DNA of 64,000 nucleotides from NCBI GenBank assembly GCA_964501365.1, contig CAZCST010000014.1, forward strand, positions 123,602 to 187,601, written 5' to 3'. The position numbers were made by a program, and so were the translations under genes. The stretch is from an uncultured Phycisphaera sp. Lineage in GTDB: Bacteria > Planctomycetota > Phycisphaerae > UBA1845. The notes under the pieces were generated by a model, which saw only the letters and a program-made list of their open reading frames with translations, was not told the origin of the DNA and ran no database searches. Positions 9,862-18,979 of this stretch are shown here, in pieces. Within the stretch, counting starts at the first letter, position 1. Each line of letters opens with the position of its first letter.

Positions 9862-9890
9862 TTGACACGTTTCGTTGAGAGGGAAATAAT
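9862..9890 (+). promoter_or_regulatory. Candidate sigma-70-type promoter for the pilMN operon (TTGACA-N17-AATAAT)
   Basis: TTGACA at 9862-9867, a 17-nt spacer, AATAAT at 9885-9890. It would give a ~330-nt leader. Pattern match only. Confidence 0.25.
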
Positions 9891-10221
9891 CCCATTGAAT
9901 CGTAGGCGCGCCGGGGACGCGGGCGCGCAGCCAAGCAGCCCACCGGCGTCCGACCGAAAGCTCGCGTTCACGGAAATCGTCCGTGGTTCCGTGCACGATA
10001 GGTTCCCGGTGTTGGAATTGCTAAGGGAAAGTTTCGACTTCATTGTATCCTTCATGCTGATTGACTTTACAGCCTCGTGTGGCGAGTCGATACTTTGCCT
10101 CCGCTGGCGCGAAAGTGTACCAAAAGGGCGGCCAAAACCAATGGCGCGACATGGCGTGTAGTGCTTTTCATTCGCGATTCGCCCGTCAGCGATCGCGGTT
10201 GTGCGTGAATTAGGAGATTCC

Positions 10222-12306
10222 ATGGCGACGGCACAGGCGGTTTGGGGGATCGACGTGGGTCGCGCTGCGCTAAAGGCGATCAAGCTGCGCCCGGGAACGG
10301 ACGGTAAAGTTGAAGTCCTCGCGTTCGACTATGTGGAACACGCCAAGGTCCTTACCCAGCCTGATGCAGATCGTCATGCCTTGATCGCCGCCGCGCTGGA
10401 AAAATTCCTTTCCCGCAACGATGTTTCCAAAGACCAGGTATTCGTCAGTGTGCCGGGCCAGCACACACTGGCTCGATTTACGAAACTGCCACCCGTTGCG
10501 CCCAAACGAATTCCCGACATTGTGCGGTATGAGGCCGATCAGCAGATCCCCTTCGACATGGACGAAGTGATCTGGGACTACCAGACGTTTCAACAGGAGG
10601 GAATGCCGGACCTTGAGGTGGGTATTTTTGCGATGAAGCGCGAGCTGATTCGCGAGCATCTCCTGCACTTCGAGCAGGCGTCGATTGAACCGATCGGCGT
10701 CCAATCGGGGCCTCTGGCCGTGTATAATGCGGCTCATTACGACGGCTGGCTCGATGAGCATACGACGATTCTTCTCGACATTGGCGCAGAAAACACAGAC
10801 TTGATCGTGGCAACGAAGGATGCGTTCTGGACGCGCACCGTTCCCATCGGCGGCAATCGCTTCACTGAGGCGCTGGTGAAGGCATTCAAGCTGAGTTTTG
10901 CCAAGGCGGAAAATCTCAAGCGAACTGCCGAAGACAGCAAGTATGCGCGGCAGATTTTCCAGGCCATGCGCCCGGTCTTCGCCGACCTCGTTCAGGAACT
11001 TCAACGGTCCATCGGCTTTTATTCCTCTACGCACCGCGACGCGAATGTCGAACGCGTGCTGGGCGTGGGCAACGCGTTTCAACTCCCCGGACTCCAAAAA
11101 TACCTGCAGCAAAACCTCAGCATGACGGTGGATCGCCCCGAAACCTTCAAGAACGCAAGCACAACCGCGGTCGCCAGCCAGGATGCATTCAAAGAACAGT
11201 TCTTGAGCTATTTCGTCGCCTACGGGTTGGCCATTCAAGGACTAGAGCTGTCCAAAGTGACAAGCAATCTGTTGCCTACCGAAATTGCCAAGCAAGTTGT
11301 GTGGCGCAAGAAGCGGCCCTCCTTTGCGGCGGCTGCAGCTTGTATCGTCGTGGCCGGTGGGCTTATCTGGTTTCGGCAGACCAGCGACATGAGTGCCCTG
11401 GCGGCCGGCGCAAAAGACGACAAGCCTCCGACAATCACGTACGCGCAGGCAGTAGATGTCATCGCCGGCGGGCCCAAGGGGAATCTTTCCGATCGCGGGC
11501 GTGCAGCGATGATCCTGGCCGCTGCGAACACCATGAAGAAGGCCCAAGCTGATTTGGCGGGCAAAGGCACAGATGAGGTCAAAGAAATCGACCAGTTGCT
11601 CGCTCTGCAAGGACATAAGACACTCGTGCCAGAGCTGATGCGAGTCATTCATGAATCGGCGCCGCGACCCAAGGGCGCATTGGGCGAAGCAACCACATCG
11701 CAGGAAATCGTCAAGGCGATCACCGGCGGGCCCGCTCGTGGAGAACGCGAGCAAGTCTGGATTGATAATGTCGATCTGATGTGGGAGCCGGACCTGGGCA
11801 AATACGTCTGGAACAGCAAGGTGGAAGCGCCTCCTGCGATCAACAAGTACGACCCTGACACTCCGCTTGCGGGATTCCTCATCAAGATGACCTGCCGATC
11901 CCCCAACTCGGGAGGTTCGACCTTCATCAACGAGCATTTCCTGAAGACGTTGCGCGAAAAAGGGAGAACCGCGAGCAAGCAGTTCTATATCGATCAGGTT
12001 GTGCTTGTGGATGTCAACAAGGTATCCGCCGTGCCGGCCGGCGGGGCAAAGTCCGGCCCCACACGCGGGGCCCGCGGCGGAACAGCAACCGGAGCTGCAG
12101 CCACTGGCATTGCAACAAGCGTTCCTGCAGGAACCGTCGATCCAGTCACGCTGGAATCCACGACGAACGACTGGCAATTTGAAATCATGGCCAGCGCATT
12201 GCTGGGTGAAGCCCCGGCCGAGGGCGAGGCCGCAAAAGCGGAGCCTGAAAAGGGAAAAAAACCCGAAGATAAGAAGCCTGCGACAGGAAAACCCAAGGGT
12301 CCGTGA
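10222..12306 (+). CDS. PilM-PilN fusion protein (actin-like ATPase fold, PilN-type TM segment, large periplasmic domain)
   Basis: ATG at 10222 after AGGAGA. N-terminus 'VWGIDVGRAALKAIKL' is an actin-like/PilM start. 'SNLLPTEIAKQVVWRKKRPSFAAAAACIVVAGGLIWF' carries the PilN 'NLLP' motif plus a TM helix. Lys/Pro/Glu-rich tail. Confidence 0.8.
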   Translation: MATAQAVWGIDVGRAALKAIKLRPGTDGKVEVLAFDYVEHAKVLTQPDADRHALIAAALEKFLSRNDVSKDQVFVSVPGQHTLARFTKLPPVAPKRIPDIVRYEADQQIPFDMDEVIWDYQTFQQEGMPDLEVGIFAMKRELIREHLLHFEQASIEPIGVQSGPLAVYNAAHYDGWLDEHTTILLDIGAENTDLIVATKDAFWTRTVPIGGNRFTEALVKAFKLSFAKAENLKRTAEDSKYARQIFQAMRPVFADLVQELQRSIGFYSSTHRDANVERVLGVGNAFQLPGLQKYLQQNLSMTVDRPETFKNASTTAVASQDAFKEQFLSYFVAYGLAIQGLELSKVTSNLLPTEIAKQVVWRKKRPSFAAAAACIVVAGGLIWFRQTSDMSALAAGAKDDKPPTITYAQAVDVIAGGPKGNLSDRGRAAMILAAANTMKKAQADLAGKGTDEVKEIDQLLALQGHKTLVPELMRVIHESAPRPKGALGEATTSQEIVKAITGGPARGEREQVWIDNVDLMWEPDLGKYVWNSKVEAPPAINKYDPDTPLAGFLIKMTCRSPNSGGSTFINEHFLKTLREKGRTASKQFYIDQVVLVDVNKVSAVPAGGAKSGPTRGARGGTATGAAATGIATSVPAGTVDPVTLESTTNDWQFEIMASALLGEAPAEGEAAKAEPEKGKKPEDKKPATGKPKGP

Positions 12307-12330
12307 TGGCTGTAGGACCGGAGTGAGTCG

Positions 12331-13641
12331 ATGGATTTTGTAAAACGAAACATGTTTTTCATTCTTTGCGTGGTGGGGGCGATTGCCGGCATTGCGCTGG
12401 GCGTGACCGGATTGCAGGCAATGCCCAGGGTCGTCACGGAGATGAAGGCGGCGGAAGGGATTTACAACAATCTCGAAGGCTTGCAAAGCAAGCCGGTCAA
12501 CGAACAGACCATAAAGGCCGAGGAAAAACGCATTGAATCCGTCAGGGCTGATCGCACACGAATTCTCGAGAAGTCTGAAGAGCTTTATCCGGGCTATTTC
12601 AAGGATTGTAATGGTGCAGGAGAAGAACACGCCTGCAAGCTTGCGAGTTTGGTGGATGACGTTTTTCCAGATGGAACAACAGATTCCCGACTGAAGTTTC
12701 GTGCAGCCTACCAACAGGCGATGAAAGATTTGATCGGGCTGCTCAATGGCGGGGGACCTTCTTCGGCTGTCGAGCAGGACCTGATGCGCCGCAAAATCGA
12801 GGACGAGAAGGCGGAATCAGCCGGCAATCCCGAAATGAATGCCGACTTCAGCGGTGAAACAAAGAACGCCGCCGGCGTCCTGACACGTGCAGGCGTTCGA
12901 CAGGATCCGAGGGTCCGCGCCGATCAGCAGGCCGCCCAGCGAATCTATTGCTACGTCACCGGACCCATCCCGGACAAAGAGCGCAAGGCTGACTATCAAC
13001 CGACATTTCAATACGAACCTGCGATGGAGGACGTGAATTCCGGCGAACCTCCGACGGAAGCCGAAGTGTGGAGGGCGCAGGTTGGCTATTGGATTCAGAG
13101 AGACATCGTCGAGGCCATCAAGGACATCAACAACGCTGCGGCCGATGAGTTGAAGGCGGCGGGCAAGGAACGGTGGGTGGGCACGCTCCCCGTAAAGGAA
13201 CTCATTTCAATCCGGCTGAGTCCTGATTTTTATGTGCCGCCGGAGGGGGCACTGTACCCAGTACCCGAGGCTGGCGGTTATGCACCGGCGGTTCCGGCGG
13301 GTACAGCCGAAACAGCGTTTACCAAGTCGGCCTCAGGACCCTACTACGAAGTCGTTCAGCTTTCCGTCAAGCTGGTCATGGATCAACGCTCTGTTCTTAA
13401 GCTGGTCGAGCGGGTCAGCAACAATCGTTTTTACACGCTGCTCCGGGCAGGCTACAAAGAAGTTCCGCCAAACCCATCGTTTGTCGGCAAGATTTACGGC
13501 CCCGGCCCTGCGGTGAATGTTGTTCTAGATTTTGAATTCGTCATGCTGGGCGGCTTGTTTCGGGAATGGATGCCGGCGGCGATTTGCGAAAAATACGCCA
13601 TCAAATGTCCCGAGCACGCGGGGGCCAAGGACGAAAAATAG
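12331..13641 (+). CDS. Hypothetical bitopic membrane protein of the secretin operon
   Basis: One N-terminal TM helix, 'MFFILCVVGAIAGIALGVTGL'. 24-nt gap from pilMN. The C-terminal alternating beta/alpha pattern ('VVQLSVKLVMDQRSVLKLVERV..VNVVLDFEFVML') is only loosely PilO/GspM-like. Confidence 0.6.
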   Translation: MDFVKRNMFFILCVVGAIAGIALGVTGLQAMPRVVTEMKAAEGIYNNLEGLQSKPVNEQTIKAEEKRIESVRADRTRILEKSEELYPGYFKDCNGAGEEHACKLASLVDDVFPDGTTDSRLKFRAAYQQAMKDLIGLLNGGGPSSAVEQDLMRRKIEDEKAESAGNPEMNADFSGETKNAAGVLTRAGVRQDPRVRADQQAAQRIYCYVTGPIPDKERKADYQPTFQYEPAMEDVNSGEPPTEAEVWRAQVGYWIQRDIVEAIKDINNAAADELKAAGKERWVGTLPVKELISIRLSPDFYVPPEGALYPVPEAGGYAPAVPAGTAETAFTKSASGPYYEVVQLSVKLVMDQRSVLKLVERVSNNRFYTLLRAGYKEVPPNPSFVGKIYGPGPAVNVVLDFEFVMLGGLFREWMPAAICEKYAIKCPEHAGAKDEK

Positions 13642-13668
13642 TTGTGAGTGTGTTAACAGGCTGAAATC

Positions 13669-15537
13669 ATGGCAAAACAACTGGTCAATCCCTTTGAGCG
13701 GCACGTGGAGAAGCTGGTGCTGGCGATCGCCGGGCTGATGCTTGTCGGCGTGATGTGGAGGTACGTATTTTCCTCGCCGAACAAGATTCAGCTTGGTTCG
13801 GAGCCCGCCACGCCGGGTGTGGTTGATACGCGATTGGCTCAGAAGGCCAACGAAATTCTTGAACGCATCCGCACTGCCAAGCCTACGACAGCCGAACATG
13901 AACCAAAATTTGAGCAATTCGTTCAAAGCCTCACACCGCTCAAGGCACTTGAACTGCCATTGGTCTCCGCGATGGGCCCTGAAATGCCGCTTGTCGATTC
14001 ACCCGACGTGCCCACAGGCGGGGCCAAGCTGGTTGAAATACCTGCTCCGCAAAAGATTTTCTTTACTCAGGGGCGAAATACGCTCGTCACTTCCAGCCCT
14101 CAGGGGGGAGATGTGCGCACTCCAGTGGACTGGGTCATGCTTTCGTTTCCCATTGACGTCAAGGCAATTTCGGAATTGCAGCGGAAGGCATGGGGAGCCA
14201 CGCAATTGGCCGTCATTTTCGCTCCGCCCGAAGTCCAGCGCCGCATGATGAAGAGCGATGGCAGCTGGTCGGACAGTGATTGGCAGACGGTTGCGACCTC
14301 ACCGAGTTTCAAGATGCCCACGCCTCCGACGATACGCCTTACAGAATCGAACGGCAAAGTCGTCGCCAACAAGGATGACCAAAAGGCCGCACAAAAGTAC
14401 CAGGAGGATATTGCAGATCCAAAAATCCAGTTACAAATTCTGCGGCCGCTGCCTCCGGTCTTTACCAAGGATGAATCACCCTGGAAGTTTCCGATCGTCT
14501 CGTCCTATGAAAACGTCGTGAAAATGGATCAGGAATTTCTAACCCCCAACAATCCGGCCGCGCCGATAGAAGACCGATATGGCGGCACGCCGACTGATAC
14601 GGGAAAGGCCAAACCCGAGCCCACCACCCCGGCTCAGGTGCTTAACAAGGAACTGGAGGATGCACGGGCACAGATGGAGTTGGGCCGTCAGCGATGGTCG
14701 CCGAACGAAGTGACGCTCGCGTACAACCGCGCCTTGGAGGTGTCGAGCGCCAAGGAAGCCTCGGCCGATCTAAAGGCCAAGGCGCAAAAACTGATGAAAG
14801 AAGCCGAGCAGCTCGTCGTGGATATTAAGCATAACCCCAAGGGCCCTGGAGGGCTGGTGGGGGGGCCCAAATCAGGTGAGACCGTCGTCAAGGCCAGGGA
14901 AAAAATGCCTATTCAGGAAATCTGGGCCTTCGACGCCGGTGTGGACAGCATCGCCAACGGTGCGACGTATCAGTTTCGCGTTCGGGCGCGCGTGTTGAAT
15001 CGACTGGCCGGCGTTCCGGAGAGCTTCGCCAAGCCAACCGATGCGCAAACAATCATCGTTGCAGGTGCCTGGTCGGAACCGACCGAGCCGATTCACATTC
15101 CGGAAAGCTCCTGGTTTTTTGTAACTCGAGAAGACAAGCCCAAGCGAGAAATCTACGCCGAGTTCTTTCGCTGGTATGACGGCGTTTGGGTAAAGTCCAA
15201 TGCGGCCAATTTTCAGGAAGGTACGCTGCTCGTGCATGAGGAACGGGTTTCCGTTCCCAGCATTGCGGATCGCACCGTGGCCGAGAAGCCAACCGTTCCT
15301 TTTGGAGAAGATCTGACTCTGCTCGACATCGAATTTGCGCTGCCCATGCGCGAGCGAAAATCGGGAAGCAATCCGATGACGGTGAAGTTTGCCGGACAAC
15401 CAACGCCGGCGACGGCGGCGGTCTTCGTCAATGGGAAGGGCGATTTGCAGGAGCGCGTGGTGGCGATTGATAAGGAGAATCCAATGAAGAGGGACATCAA
15501 GCCCTGGATTCCTCCAAAGAAATCGTCAACGCCTTAG
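13669..15537 (+). CDS. Hypothetical bitopic membrane protein of the secretin operon
   Basis: One N-terminal TM helix, 'LVLAIAGLMLVGVMWRYVF'. 622 aa with no recognisable motif. 27-nt gap from the upstream gene. Confidence 0.6.
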   Translation: MAKQLVNPFERHVEKLVLAIAGLMLVGVMWRYVFSSPNKIQLGSEPATPGVVDTRLAQKANEILERIRTAKPTTAEHEPKFEQFVQSLTPLKALELPLVSAMGPEMPLVDSPDVPTGGAKLVEIPAPQKIFFTQGRNTLVTSSPQGGDVRTPVDWVMLSFPIDVKAISELQRKAWGATQLAVIFAPPEVQRRMMKSDGSWSDSDWQTVATSPSFKMPTPPTIRLTESNGKVVANKDDQKAAQKYQEDIADPKIQLQILRPLPPVFTKDESPWKFPIVSSYENVVKMDQEFLTPNNPAAPIEDRYGGTPTDTGKAKPEPTTPAQVLNKELEDARAQMELGRQRWSPNEVTLAYNRALEVSSAKEASADLKAKAQKLMKEAEQLVVDIKHNPKGPGGLVGGPKSGETVVKAREKMPIQEIWAFDAGVDSIANGATYQFRVRARVLNRLAGVPESFAKPTDAQTIIVAGAWSEPTEPIHIPESSWFFVTREDKPKREIYAEFFRWYDGVWVKSNAANFQEGTLLVHEERVSVPSIADRTVAEKPTVPFGEDLTLLDIEFALPMRERKSGSNPMTVKFAGQPTPATAAVFVNGKGDLQERVVAIDKENPMKRDIKPWIPPKKSSTP

Positions 15538-15629
15538 CGCGATTGGCGTCCAAAGTCGCCGCGGAACAAAAGATGGAATTGCCTCGCGGACTGGTTGCGG
15601 GGCGTTATGCGTGCGTCTACTATTGGGTG

Positions 15630-15667
15630 ATGCGGCCCGGCGGCGCGTTTGGGCTGCATAAGTTTTT
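15630..15667 (+). terminator. Hairpin plus T-run inside the 249-nt spacer before the secretin gene (possible attenuator)
   Basis: ATGCGGCCC (15630-15638) pairs with GGGCTGCAT (15651-15659) with one G-U pair. TTTTT at 15663-15667. Confidence 0.3.
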
Positions 15668-15786
15668 GACCAACCCCACGACGTGGGCAGTGATGGGTTT
15701 CAAGGAACGGCGGGATCGGCATCTGCGCGGATCGTCATCCCGTCCGTAAGGAACCAGGCCCAGCGTCAAAGCTAAGGAGGATTCCT

Positions 15787-18700
15787 TTGCGTCGCACTTG
15801 GATTACCCTGCCGGTATTGTTCCTTGTTCAATTAGCACCCCTTGGGCTTCCCGACACTGCGCGGGCCCAGAACGCGGGTGCGGATCTGGACAGGGCCATT
15901 CAGCTTTTTAAGGACGGCGACTATCTCGCTGCTCAAGAGATGCTGACCAACGTGAACCGGTCGCAGCTCAGCGCCGAGCAACAGTCACGCCGTGACGACT
16001 ATGTCAACCGCGTGCAGACGGCGATCACCATGCTGGAGCGTGCGCGCCGCGATCTCGAAGAGGCGAGCCGTGCCATGCAGGAGGGCAATAAGGCCAAGGC
16101 CGGCGAACTGCTCGACATGGTGATGGCCAATGAGTATGCCACGCAGCCAATCCGCGAATCCGCAACATCCCTTCGATTAGAATTGCAGAATGGGTCGGGT
16201 ACAAAGGTTGTACAAGCTCAGCCGGTGCAACCACCACCTCCGCCCCCTGCGCAACCTGTCGTCCAGGAAGTAGTTCAGCAACCGGAAGTCATTCCGCAAG
16301 TGGTCATCCAGCAGCCCCAGGAGTCCGCAACCCAGAAGGTAACGACCATTTCCCCCGAAGACGTCAAGCGGGCAACAGACCTTACGGCTCAGGGAAACGC
16401 GAAGATCGCGGCCAGCCAATACGACGAAGCGCTGGCACTGTTTAAGTCGGCCCTTGATGCGGTTCCCGGATATCCGGAGGCGGTCGATGGACTTCGCGTA
16501 GTTCAGGCCCATCAGGCCAATGTTTCCGGAGTCGCCGTCGATTCCTTGATCGCGAGAATTCAACGGGAAGACGCGATTAACTGGCAGCGTACGGTCGCGG
16601 AATATCGTGACGCGGAAACCGCCATTCGCCAGCACATTTCCAACGAACGTTTTGAAGAGGCCCGGCAATTGCTGGTCCGGGCCAACCAGATTGTGGAGGC
16701 CGGGCGTCAGTTCGCCGATCCTCTGTCGAAATATGATGCGCTTCGCGCTGAGGCCAATGCCCTGGCGGCGCTGGTTGACGAATCCGAACGAACCTACAAC
16801 GAGCAAAAAGTGGCCGAGGTGCGCCGTCAGATCGAGGCACAGCGGGCCGAACGGATTCGACAGGATGAGGCCAACCGCCGCGAGCAAGTCGAAAAGCTGA
16901 TGGAGCAGGCTCGTCAGCATCAGGAAGATGGCGATCTCGACGCAGCGATCGTCGTGCTCAATCAAGTCGTCATGATCGATCCCAAGTACAAGCCCGCGCG
17001 ATGGATGATCGACAATCTCGAGGAGCTTCGTGCCAACAAGCACGGGCGCGCCCTTCGCGACGAATTCGGCAAGCAGAGTCGTGAATCCCTTAACAATGTC
17101 GAGGAGGCCAAGATTCCTTGGGCTGACTTGCTTCGGTATCCAAAGAACTGGCCGGAGATTATTGCCCGGCCCGAGCGCGGCGGACCTCGCGGATCAGTGC
17201 GGACCAGCACGTTTATGGCTGCACTGGACACACCCGTTCCGATCAATTTCCAACAGGAGCCGTTTGAGCAAGCCATTGAGAAGCTGGCGTCATCCCAAAA
17301 CCTGAACGTCATCGTGAAATGGCATGATTTACAACGGGTGGGCGTCGCTCCCACCGTTCCCATTACACTCCGCGTGCCAAACGAAATTTCGCTCAAGCGG
17401 GCCCTGACCGAAGTACTCGATCAAGCTGGCGCCGGTGGGGCGACTCTTGGATACGAAATTACCGATGAGGCCATCGTCATTGCCACCCAGGACACGCTCG
17501 ACAGGAACACGCACCAGGTTGTGTACGACATCAACGATCTGTTGATGGAGGTTCCCAATTTCAATGACGCTCCGATGCCCGATCTGGCCGAGGCCAATCG
17601 GCGAAATCAGCCACGGCCCCAGCCCAACCCGCAAAATGCCTGGCATGACGATGATGATGAGAGCGACTCGTCGGCGAGGGATGTGGCCGACCCCGATCGG
17701 CAGCGGCGCGTGGCCGAGATCATTGGACTGATTCAGGACAATGTTGCCCCGCAAAGCTGGCGCGATCGCGGCGGAGTGGTTGGACATATTTCGGAAATCA
17801 ACGGTCAGCTGGTGATTACGCAGAACTCGTCGGCGCAGCGCGCGATTGGCGACCTGCTCGGCAAGCTGCGCGAACAGCGTGCGATTCAGATTGCCGTCGA
17901 AGCCCGGTTTATCACCGTATCGAGCCACTACCTCGAAGAATTGGGCATGGATCTGGACATCGTGCTCAACAGCGGCAACGCGGGCTACGATTTTATTCCA
18001 GGAGCCAACGGTCCGGTCACCGATCCGGTACTGGGCAATGCGCTCTTGCTGCCGCGCTCGTTCTCGCGACTGGGATTTACGCCCAATGCTCCTGCCCTGG
18101 GAACGGCGACCGGCACCGCACAGGCCGTAACGCCCGTCCCCCAGCCCTATGGTCAGCCGTTTCTGGTTCCGCAGAAGCAGGGGGGCAACGGAAGCCAGAT
18201 GTCACCAGTTCCGATTACCAACCGGATTAATCAGTTCACCGATCCGGCCAACCTTGGTAGCGACGTGCCGGGCAGCTTCGCGGGACAGCAATTGCCGCCT
18301 GCGTTGAGTATCTTTGGCAGTTTCCTCGACAACATTCAGGTCGATTTTCTCATTCGCGCCACGCAGGCCGATTCGCGCACGACCGTCCTGACGGCGCCCC
18401 AGTTGGTGCTGTTCAATGGGCAGCGTTCGTGGGTGGCCGTCACGATCCAGCAGAACTTCGTCAGCCAGTTGAACCCCGTCGTCGCCACGGGTGCGGTCGC
18501 CCAGGCGCCTGTCACAGGTACGATCGACTCGGGTGCGGTATTGGATGTGAACGCGACGGTGACGGCGGACAAGCGGTACGTGACGATGACCTTGCGTCCC
18601 GGCGTGACACGATTGCTCGACTTGCAGACGATTCCGTTTTCGGGCGGTGGTGCGGGCGGTGGGTTCGGCGGCGGAACGGCCCTCAATGCGTTTATTCAGT

Positions 18701-18969
18701 TGCCCACGCTTTCGAGCCAGCGGGTACAGACCACCGTCTCAGTGCCTGACGGTGGAACGCTCCTGATCGGCGGCCAGAAGCTGGCAAGCGAAACCGAGGT
18801 GGAAGCCGGCGTGCCGATTCTCTCCAAGATTCCGATTCTCAAGCGGGCGTATAATTCTCGCTCGATGGTCAAGGACGAACAGACGCTGCTCATCCTCATC
18901 AAGCCCAAGATTCTGATTCAGAGCGAACAGGAAGAAGAGGCGTTCCCGACGTTTGCTGCGCCTCCTTGA
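15787..18969 (+). CDS. Secretin (PilQ/GspD family) with N-terminal TPR-like region
   Basis: TTG start after AAGGAGG. Signal peptide 'LPVLFLVQLAPLGLPDTARAQ'. TPR-like helices, then a Pro/Gln/Val linker 'QPVQPPPPPPAQPVVQEVVQQPEV'. Secretin core ends 'GVPILSKIPILKRAYNSRSMVKDEQTLLILIKPKILI'. Confidence 0.85.
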   Translation: MRRTWITLPVLFLVQLAPLGLPDTARAQNAGADLDRAIQLFKDGDYLAAQEMLTNVNRSQLSAEQQSRRDDYVNRVQTAITMLERARRDLEEASRAMQEGNKAKAGELLDMVMANEYATQPIRESATSLRLELQNGSGTKVVQAQPVQPPPPPPAQPVVQEVVQQPEVIPQVVIQQPQESATQKVTTISPEDVKRATDLTAQGNAKIAASQYDEALALFKSALDAVPGYPEAVDGLRVVQAHQANVSGVAVDSLIARIQREDAINWQRTVAEYRDAETAIRQHISNERFEEARQLLVRANQIVEAGRQFADPLSKYDALRAEANALAALVDESERTYNEQKVAEVRRQIEAQRAERIRQDEANRREQVEKLMEQARQHQEDGDLDAAIVVLNQVVMIDPKYKPARWMIDNLEELRANKHGRALRDEFGKQSRESLNNVEEAKIPWADLLRYPKNWPEIIARPERGGPRGSVRTSTFMAALDTPVPINFQQEPFEQAIEKLASSQNLNVIVKWHDLQRVGVAPTVPITLRVPNEISLKRALTEVLDQAGAGGATLGYEITDEAIVIATQDTLDRNTHQVVYDINDLLMEVPNFNDAPMPDLAEANRRNQPRPQPNPQNAWHDDDDESDSSARDVADPDRQRRVAEIIGLIQDNVAPQSWRDRGGVVGHISEINGQLVITQNSSAQRAIGDLLGKLREQRAIQIAVEARFITVSSHYLEELGMDLDIVLNSGNAGYDFIPGANGPVTDPVLGNALLLPRSFSRLGFTPNAPALGTATGTAQAVTPVPQPYGQPFLVPQKQGGNGSQMSPVPITNRINQFTDPANLGSDVPGSFAGQQLPPALSIFGSFLDNIQVDFLIRATQADSRTTVLTAPQLVLFNGQRSWVAVTIQQNFVSQLNPVVATGAVAQAPVTGTIDSGAVLDVNATVTADKRYVTMTLRPGVTRLLDLQTIPFSGGGAGGGFGGGTALNAFIQLPTLSSQRVQTTVSVPDGGTLLIGGQKLASETEVEAGVPILSKIPILKRAYNSRSMVKDEQTLLILIKPKILIQSEQEEEAFPTFAAPP

Positions 18970-18979
18970 GTTTGTAGCA

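Noticed and set aside
10270-12714. Long antisense ORFs (10270..11238 and 11242..12714, minus strand) opposite pilMN
   Set aside because: They overlap a gene with clear PilM/PilN motifs. The translations are Arg/Gly/Cys-rich with no domain features, a GC-bias artefact.
16177-17043. 288-aa antisense ORF inside the secretin gene
   Set aside because: Same shadow-ORF reasoning. The plus-strand frame carries the signal peptide and secretin motifs.
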